From: Paenibacillaceae bacterium
GTDB lineage: Bacteria; Bacillota; Bacilli; Paenibacillales; UBA4045
Assembly: GCA_040880185.1 (NCBI GenBank)
Contig: JBBDIY010000069.1
Coordinates: 4,556 to 68,555 of the forward strand
DNA length: 64,000 nucleotides
Direction of reading: 5' to 3'
The position numbers were made by a program, and so were the translations under genes. The notes under the pieces were generated by a model. It was not told where the DNA came from. It worked only from the letters and a program-made list of their open reading frames with translations, and made no database searches. Below, piece after piece: positions 58,091-64,000 of the stretch (position 1 is its first letter; each line of letters opens with the position of its first letter).

Positions 58091-58771
58091 TTATCTGGTG
58101 TGTAACGTAAGCACTTCAATATGCTCCAGCACATCAAAGAAAGTTTCATATGGTTGATGTAGCAAATTGGTTTCTAAGCAACGTTCCAACAGATGAGACC
58201 TTGCGAAGACGAAATCAACAATTTTTGAGCCTTCGAAATCCGTGAGGCTATCACCAATCAGTATGCGATAATATTGATCACTAGGGTATCCACGAATAAT
58301 ACGTGTCTTGCACATGCCACAATCCTTGAGACATTGCTCATCACAGGTGTGTGGCCAGATGATCTCAATGAACTCGCCATCAAAGTTACTCGTATTACAG
58401 TAAATATGGTCCAACTCAATTTCGAATGGTGCTAATAAAGGATATATAAAAAAGTCGACACCCCCGCTAGTTACAAAGAAAGGGATTTTCATTTGCTTGC
58501 AGTAGGCTAAGAGCTCAGCAAATCCATCACGAATACCAGCATGCTCGAGCACGTACGCTTGAATTTCATCCCTTTGTTCAGAAGGATATAGGGCGAAGAA
58601 AGCACCCACAGTGGCTTTTAAACTTTGGCGTCCAGCGAGTAGCTCCTCTAATAATGGCTCCCAGCCAGCAGGGTTGAAGTGCTTCATCAGTGCTAAGATA
58701 TTATCATTCAAGGTTATCGTGCCATCAAAATCACAGAAAATGATCGGTTGTTTACCATCAATCTGTATCAA
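58091..58771 (-). CDS. mtnX: 2-hydroxy-3-keto-5-methylthiopentenyl-1-phosphate phosphatase (HAD family)
   Basis: HAD motif [10 protein letters not shown] and GDSxTD. TTG at 58771 forms a TTGA overlap with the mtnW stop and follows GGGGGG. An alternative ATG is at 58786. Confidence 0.8.
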   Translation of the reverse strand: MIQIDGKQPIIFCDFDGTITLNDNILALMKHFNPAGWEPLLEELLAGRQSLKATVGAFFALYPSEQRDEIQAYVLEHAGIRDGFAELLAYCKQMKIPFFVTSGGVDFFIYPLLAPFEIELDHIYCNTSNFDGEFIEIIWPHTCDEQCLKDCGMCKTRIIRGYPSDQYYRILIGDSLTDFEGSKIVDFVFARSHLLERCLETNLLHQPYETFFDVLEHIEVLTLHTR

Positions 58772-59982
58772 GATCGAACCCCCCATAAGCGGATGGCTTC
58801 AGCCAGCTCGATATGAGTTTCTGCATATTGCGCTAATGACACCCCAGCTGTCGAAGCATCGATGGCTTGTCGGAAAGCTCGTCCACCTGCTGCTGCACCC
58901 ATAGGGTGTCCATGAACACCGCCGCCAGCATTGACCACCACATCGGTGCCGAAGTCTCGCAGGATGAGTGGAACAAGCCCGGGGTGAATACCAGCTGAAG
59001 GAACGGGGAAGCTTGTTGCTAGCTTCGATTCAGATGTCAATAAAGCATCTTTGATCGCTAAATTCTCTTCAAGAGGCATAACAACAGAACCATAGGGCGA
59101 AGGGAAGAGGACGAGGTCCGCACCGGCTAGCCGCATCAGCTTCCCGAGCAATAAGGAAGCACTAATCCCATGATAGCTAGATGGGTAGATGGCACCTGCT
59201 AACGCAGGATGGGCAGCGATTGGAACATGAATGTCGGGATCAGCCGCCAATTCATGTAAGGCATCGAAGCCGTAAGCAAGTACATTAAACAACAATGCAT
59301 TCGCTCCTGCATCAATTGCAATCTTGGCTTGCTTAGCAAGTTGAGAAGTTTTGCCAGTTAAATTAACGGCGTAGAGTAAAGATTGACCCGTTTCCCGCTT
59401 AGCTTCCTCTGCAGCTGACATACATATCTCAACTCTTCGTTCTATTGGAGTTAATGGGTTCTCGAATAGGATTTCATCATCCTTGATGAGATCGACTCCG
59501 CCTAACGCTTGGGCTAGAAATTGTCCGTGCAGCTCTGGTAGATCGTAGCCGATTACCGATTTGAATATACTCATGAGCAATGGACGAGCGGTTACGTTCA
59601 ACAATTGACGTATACCCTGGATGCCGAATTTCGGTCCTGCGAAATGAGAGAGGAAGGCATTGGAGAAGGTAAGATCGATCAGACGGATTTTACCATCCAT
59701 CGATAGCTTTCCGAATACCGTGACGAGCAGTGCAGGAATATCCGCAGAGAAATTCACATCAGGATAGGCAATTTGAATATCTGCATATCTGACTATATTG
59801 GGCTCCTCGACTACATGAACAGAAACCACCTTGCCCAAATATTTCTCCATCGACGCTTTCTTCACCTCAGGTAGCTCGGTCCAGCTTCCGACCGTTAAAC
59901 CTACAGCAATGCCTTGCGCTTTCTTATGGAAATCGGCCTTCTCATCGAATAACCGATAGGTCGCTATACAGTAGGAGCTCAT
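58768..59982 (-). CDS. mtnW: 2,3-diketo-5-methylthiopentyl-1-phosphate enolase (RuBisCO-like protein)
   Basis: Colinear with B. subtilis MtnW ([28 protein letters not shown]). ATG at 59982 lies 8 nt after AGGAAG. The track start is GTG 59991. Confidence 0.9.
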   Translation of the reverse strand: MSSYCIATYRLFDEKADFHKKAQGIAVGLTVGSWTELPEVKKASMEKYLGKVVSVHVVEEPNIVRYADIQIAYPDVNFSADIPALLVTVFGKLSMDGKIRLIDLTFSNAFLSHFAGPKFGIQGIRQLLNVTARPLLMSIFKSVIGYDLPELHGQFLAQALGGVDLIKDDEILFENPLTPIERRVEICMSAAEEAKRETGQSLLYAVNLTGKTSQLAKQAKIAIDAGANALLFNVLAYGFDALHELAADPDIHVPIAAHPALAGAIYPSSYHGISASLLLGKLMRLAGADLVLFPSPYGSVVMPLEENLAIKDALLTSESKLATSFPVPSAGIHPGLVPLILRDFGTDVVVNAGGGVHGHPMGAAAGGRAFRQAIDASTAGVSLAQYAETHIELAEAIRLWGVRS

Positions 59983-59994
59983 CGTTAACACTTC

Positions 59995-60861
59995 CTAATC
60001 ATTCATATTCGCATCAATTTGTTCGGCAATGGCCTTGCCCAATTCACCAGCACGTTCAGCTGCACGGAGTACCGCATTCGTGATATGCTCGGAAACGCCG
60101 TTCGCACTCATCAGCTCAAGGGCTGCTTGAGTAGTCCCGCCAGGAGAGGTGACCTTCTTGCGCAAATCGGCGGGATTCTCCTCGGTTTGAAGCACCATAT
60201 TTGCAGCACCAAGCACGGTTTGAACTGTTAATAATCGAGCTGTAGATTCATTAAGTCCGCCTGAGACGCCTCCAGCGATCATAGCCTCCATCACATAATA
60301 AATGTAAGCAGGTCCACTACCCGAAACTCCAGTTACAATATCCAATGCTGCCTCTTCAACCTCACAAACAATACCCGTACTTTCAAAAATATCCCTTGCC
60401 AACCGTTTCTGTTCAGTTGATACTCCGTTAGAGTAACTAATGCCTGTCGCGCCAAGTCCAATCGTACTTGAAGTATTCGGCATAGAGCGCACAATGGGGA
60501 GAGAGAGGCCAGCTAGCTTCTCTATGGATGCAATAGATAACCCAGCAATGACGGAAATCAGCAGTTGATTCGTTTGCAGTGAAGTATGATACATGCGAAT
60601 GGCATCCGCAGCATCCTTCGGCTTCATCGCTAACACAATAATATCCGCTGTGGATATGGCTTGTTTGCGCTGGTGCTCATCTACGGCACCACTGACACCG
60701 TAAGCCTTATTTAATTGACTTAGGCGTTCCTGATTACCCCGATTCGTCATTGTGATTTGATTAGGATTTAATCGATTCTGCTTCGTCAATCCCCGTACAA
60801 TAGCCTCGGACATTGATCCTGCGCCGATAAAGCATATGTTTTTTTCGGTTAATGAGTGCAT
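59995..60861 (-). CDS. proC: pyrroline-5-carboxylate reductase
   Basis: ICFIGAGSMSEAI Rossmann motif and the SPGGTT C-terminal motif. Strong SD AGGAGG. Confidence 0.9.
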   Translation of the reverse strand: MHSLTEKNICFIGAGSMSEAIVRGLTKQNRLNPNQITMTNRGNQERLSQLNKAYGVSGAVDEHQRKQAISTADIIVLAMKPKDAADAIRMYHTSLQTNQLLISVIAGLSIASIEKLAGLSLPIVRSMPNTSSTIGLGATGISYSNGVSTEQKRLARDIFESTGIVCEVEEAALDIVTGVSGSGPAYIYYVMEAMIAGGVSGGLNESTARLLTVQTVLGAANMVLQTEENPADLRKKVTSPGGTTQAALELMSANGVSEHITNAVLRAAERAGELGKAIAEQIDANMND

Positions 60862-60959
60862 GGTATTCCTCCTGACATATGATACCCTGCCGGGTGCAAA
60901 CTGAATTCTTTATTGAGAGTTACAGACTGCTATTGAAACTGCTACTGCCAATCATACGG

Positions 60960-61032
60960 TAACGGTCTACGAGGTCCTTATTTTCGTCGGAAGCTGGATA
61001 TTTCCATGTAATAGAGGCATTTGAGACCGTTA
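60960..61032. repeat. 73-bp segment bounded by 9-bp perfect inverted repeats TAACGGTCT / AGACCGTTA (two units of the GGNCTTTA-type family in opposite orientation)
   Basis: TAACGGTCTACGAGGTCCTTAT at 60960-60981 and ATAGAGGCATTTGAGACCGTTA at 61011-61032. Confidence 0.75.
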
Positions 61033-61083
61033 TTGAAGTGTAAATTATTGCAAATCACTGTGAATCAGAGTGGTTACTCCGGA

Positions 61084-61159
61084 CTAAAGCCCTCAAAGGC
61101 CGTTACATTGCAAATAATTGGTGTTATGTTAACAACTAAAGGCCTGAAAGTCCGTTAAC
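61084..61159 (-). repeat. two direct copies (19/23 identical) of CTAAAG-S-CCT-S-AAAG-K-CCGTTA, 52 nt apart
   Basis: CTAAAGCCCTCAAAGGCCGTTAC at 61084-61106 and CTAAAGGCCTGAAAGTCCGTTAA at 61136-61158. The reverse complement is TAACGGNCTTTNAGGNCTTTAG, the same family as the 57226-57294 repeats. Confidence 0.85.
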
Positions 61160-61261
61160 CAAATCTTTTGTCTACGGAGTAACAATCCATTTTTGTGGGC
61201 TAGCGGACTAAAATGTGTACCAAAATAAATCTATGCAAGAGTCAGATGTATTCCCAATTAA

Positions 61262-62506
61262 TCATCTAATCTGGCCATTGCCGAGAACGATATATTTGGT
61301 TGATGTAAGTGTTGGTAAGCCCATAGGACCACGAGCATGAAGCTTCTGTGTGCTAATGCCGATCTCTGCACCAAATCCGAATTCAAAGCCATCGGTGAAG
61401 CGAGTAGATGCATTATGATAAACGGCTGCTGCATCGACTTCATTAATAAATTGAGTGGCATGCTCTTCATTCTCCGTTACAATACATTCGGAGTGCTGTG
61501 TGCCATAGTGATTAATATGAGCAATGGCTTCATCAACGCTCTTGACGATCTTCACAGACAGAATATAGTCGTTGTATTCGGTGCTCCAATCTTCTTCAAC
61601 AGCTGCAGTCGCCCACGGAATCAGTTGACAGGTTGCCGAGCAACCGCGAATTTCTACCCCAAGATTTTTCAATTGTTCAGCTAGAGAAAGGAGATGGTTA
61701 ACTGCATAATCTTCATGAACCAATAACGTTTCCATCGCATTACATACAGATGGTCGTTGAACCTTAGCATTGATCGCTATCGTTTCAGCCATCTTAACCT
61801 GAGCACTCGCGTCGATGAATGTATGACATACTCCTGCACCAGTCTCTATAACTGGAACCTTGGAGTTCATGACGACATTCTGAATGAGTGAATGCCCGCC
61901 ACGAGGAATAATCACATCGAGCACACCGTTTAAATTTAACATCTCATCTACCGATGCACGGCTTGGATCATCAATTAGCTGAAGAGCATCGAGTGGAATA
62001 TGTGAGTTCTTTAATGCGTTCTTCAACACTTTTACAATTTGATCATTAGAATGAAGAGCCGCTGAACCACCACGGAGTACAACAGCATTCCCTGTCTTCA
62101 AGCATAGCCCTGCAGCATCTACAGTTACATTCGGACGTGCTTCATAGATGATGCCGATGACACCGATAGGTACGCGGATTTTGCGAATGAATAGACCATT
62201 AGGTCGTGTCGTTTCTTCTAATGTATCGCCAACTGGGTCAGGTAGCTCCACAATTTGACGAAGTCCTTCAGCCATGGCAACTATTCTGGCGGGATTCAAG
62301 GCAAGACGGTCGAGAAGAGACTCAGTTGTACCATTGTTCCTCCCGGCTTCAAGGTCGAGTTGATTCGCCATGATGATAGAGTCCTGCTCCTGAATCAAAG
62401 CATCTGCCATCTGAAGAATTGCTTCATTCTTCTGCTCTGTTGATAGCTGGCTTAATGCCCCAGAAGCTTGCTTGGCTAGTAGTGCGATTGCTCTGACGTT
62501 ATTCAT
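61262..62506 (-). CDS. proA: gamma-glutamyl phosphate reductase
   Basis: Catalytic VCNAMETLLVH motif. ATG at 62506 follows AGGAGGTAAT. The track ORF extends to 62560. Confidence 0.93.
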   Translation of the reverse strand: MNNVRAIALLAKQASGALSQLSTEQKNEAILQMADALIQEQDSIIMANQLDLEAGRNNGTTESLLDRLALNPARIVAMAEGLRQIVELPDPVGDTLEETTRPNGLFIRKIRVPIGVIGIIYEARPNVTVDAAGLCLKTGNAVVLRGGSAALHSNDQIVKVLKNALKNSHIPLDALQLIDDPSRASVDEMLNLNGVLDVIIPRGGHSLIQNVVMNSKVPVIETGAGVCHTFIDASAQVKMAETIAINAKVQRPSVCNAMETLLVHEDYAVNHLLSLAEQLKNLGVEIRGCSATCQLIPWATAAVEEDWSTEYNDYILSVKIVKSVDEAIAHINHYGTQHSECIVTENEEHATQFINEVDAAAVYHNASTRFTDGFEFGFGAEIGISTQKLHARGPMGLPTLTSTKYIVLGNGQIR

Positions 62507-62560
62507 GGTAATTACCTCCTGATTTTTAATATGAACATAAGATCGTAAGGACTCACACAT

Positions 62561-63664
62561 CTAACCTTCCGACGAGACCCATTCATCACGGTGTATAACT
62601 TCCGGTCGAATAACCTCAACGCGCTTCTGTACTTCATCTAAAGATAATCCGGCAACTGCGGTTAATTGCCATGATGTATAATTAACAACACCACGTCCAA
62701 TCGGTTGTCGCTCCGTTCCGACTACTTCTACAACATCCCCCGGGTGAAATTCTCCGATGATTTCTCGAACACCAGCTGGCAGCAGGCTTTTGCCGCCAGT
62801 TAACAAAGCTTTCATCGCACCATCATCTACGATGATCGTACCTTGCGGAGAGGAGTGGAAGCCCACCCATTGCTTCTTCATCGATAATGTATGCAAACTC
62901 GTTTCGAAATAAGTGCCCTTGCCAGTGCCGTTAACAGCGGCTAATAAATCGCCCAGCGTATTCGCCTGACCGACGAATACAGGTATTCCTCCGCGTGTAG
63001 CAATACGTGCCGCCTCGATCTTCGATTTCATGCCGCCCGTACCAGCAGCTGAACCAGCTCCGCCAGCGATCCGGAATATATGTTCATCAATCTGCTCTAC
63101 ACGTTCGATCTTGATCGCTTCCGCATTCTTGCGTGGATCAGCCGTATAGAGGCCATCCATATCGGTTACGATGAGAAGCTGAGAAGCTTTGACGACATTA
63201 GCGACTAATGCTGATAATGTATCGTTCTCACCAAACTTTAACTCATCTACGGATACGGTGTCATTCTCGTTAATAATCGGAATCACATCATGCTTCAGTA
63301 GCTCTTCTATGGTCATTAAGGCATTATTAATTCTTTTGCGATTAGAGAAGTCAGGGCGGGTCAACAGAAGTTGTGCCACATGATGGTCATATTGAGCAAA
63401 AGCATCATTATATGCTTGCATTAATAGTGCTTGACCAACAGCTGCTGCAGCTTGCTTCTCGTGTAAGTGTTTGGGACGTTGAGCGTAACCGATCGAGCGG
63501 TACCCAGCGGCAACTGCACCAGATGTAACGAGTAATACGGCGTATCCCACTTGCTTCAAGCTAGCAAGTTCTCTTGCAAAAAAATGGATCGATTCCCGGT
63601 GAAGACCACCTTCAGGTGAGGTGAGGGAACTGCTCCCTATTTTGACAACAATAATTCGACTCAT
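62561..63664 (-). CDS. proB: glutamate 5-kinase with C-terminal PUA domain
   Basis: VVKIGSSSLT N-terminus, GENDTLSA motif and a PUA-like C-terminus. Confidence 0.95.
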   Translation of the reverse strand: MSRIIVVKIGSSSLTSPEGGLHRESIHFFARELASLKQVGYAVLLVTSGAVAAGYRSIGYAQRPKHLHEKQAAAAVGQALLMQAYNDAFAQYDHHVAQLLLTRPDFSNRKRINNALMTIEELLKHDVIPIINENDTVSVDELKFGENDTLSALVANVVKASQLLIVTDMDGLYTADPRKNAEAIKIERVEQIDEHIFRIAGGAGSAAGTGGMKSKIEAARIATRGGIPVFVGQANTLGDLLAAVNGTGKGTYFETSLHTLSMKKQWVGFHSSPQGTIIVDDGAMKALLTGGKSLLPAGVREIIGEFHPGDVVEVVGTERQPIGRGVVNYTSWQLTAVAGLSLDEVQKRVEVIRPEVIHRDEWVSSEG

Positions 63665-63696
63665 TCGATAATCACTCCATTATTTATAAACAAACA

Positions 63697-63726
63697 TTGA
63701 GATACATAAGACATATACTATATAAT
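63697..63726 (+). promoter_or_regulatory. possible promoter (TTGAGA-18-TATAAT)
   Basis: TTGAGA at 63697-63702 and TATAAT at 63721-63726, upstream of the fabV-like gene. Confidence 0.4.
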
Positions 63727-63768
63727 GCAGAATAGCATATCATTTTTCCAATCGAAAGGGAATGAACT

Positions 63769-64000
63769 ATGATCATACAACCAAAAATTCGCGGATTCAT
63801 CTGCACGACTGCGCATCCTACTGGCTGTGCGGAGAGCGTGAAGGAGCAAATCTCATATGTAAAGAGTCAGCCAAGCATCAACGGTCCGAAAAAAGTACTC
63901 ATTCTAGGCGCATCAACCGGATTTGGTCTAGCATCGCGGATCACCGCAGCTTTCGGCAGCGGAGCAGCTACGATTGGCGTGTTCTTCGAGCGTCCAGCTG
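63769..64000 (+). CDS. trans-2-enoyl-CoA/ACP reductase (FabV/TER family), 5' part only
   Basis: Not in the track because it is open at the window edge. [20 protein letters not shown] and GASTGFG are typical of FabV/TER N-termini. Confidence 0.75.
   Translation, partial: MIIQPKIRGFICTTAHPTGCAESVKEQISYVKSQPSINGPKKVLILGASTGFGLASRITAAFGSGAATIGVFFERPA

Noticed and set aside
61166-61195. The minus-strand sequence GGATTGTTACTCCGTAGACAAAAG shares its first 11 nt with the 5' half of BglG/SacY-family RAT antiterminator sites.
   Set aside because: The 3' half does not complete the RAT hairpin (no closing CC and poor pairing). No overlapping terminator follows, and the gene context (proA-proC) is unrelated to PTS sugar operons.
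60862-61261. A proline T-box or SAM S-box leader was expected upstream of proC-mtnW.
   Set aside because: Reading the reverse complement, I find no conserved T-box 14-mer, no specifier-loop/AGAGA architecture, no S-box core strings and no leader terminator.
1-64000. I looked for mobile elements, prophage or defence islands, toxin-antitoxin pairs, and tRNA or rRNA genes.
   Set aside because: Every ORF over about 150 aa is accounted for by housekeeping or sporulation functions or by membrane proteins of unknown function. I saw no integrase, transposase or recombinase motifs, no tRNA-like cloverleaf candidates and no obvious abrupt composition shift by eye.

Overview
This window looks like core chromosome of an endospore-forming Firmicute, about 44% GC by eye and Paenibacillaceae-like. 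That assignment is inference only. Gene order is largely colinear with the B. subtilis yphA-der-gpsA ... spoIVA-hbs-mtrB-gerC(hepS/menH/hepT)-ndk-cheR-aroFBH-trpEDCFBA-hisC-tyrA ... qcrABC-ypjABCD-dapB-mgsA-bshB1-bshA-cca-birA-panBCD-dinG ... ypmB ... asnS-dnaD region. On the minus strand this is followed by mtnB-mtnX-mtnW-proC and proA-proB, and then the 5' end of a fabV-like gene. All protein calls rest on motifs and ortholog sequences I recognise from memory; no database search was run. I found no tRNA or rRNA genes, CRISPR arrays, transposases, integrases, phage genes or recognisable defence or toxin genes. I see no compelling novel multi-gene system here, and most of the window is ordinary housekeeping sequence. 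The observations worth a second look are mostly non-coding: (1) a 23-nt unit fused to the Shine-Dalgarno of two unrelated genes 27.8 kb apart; (2) a panBCD leader with bulged-A hairpins and mutually exclusive antiterminator and terminator helices; (3) an orphan consensus promoter plus terminator that brackets a roughly 75-nt RNA; (4) a perfect 16-bp inverted repeat that buries the SD and AUG of ypjB; (5) a family of bipartite GGNCTTTA repeats in inverted orientation on both sides of the mtnBXW-proC block; (6) an unannotated 53-codon ORF; (7) UbiA, UbiX and MqnA-like genes inserted inside the hepS-menG-hepT operon; (8) a classic TRAP-type trp leader.
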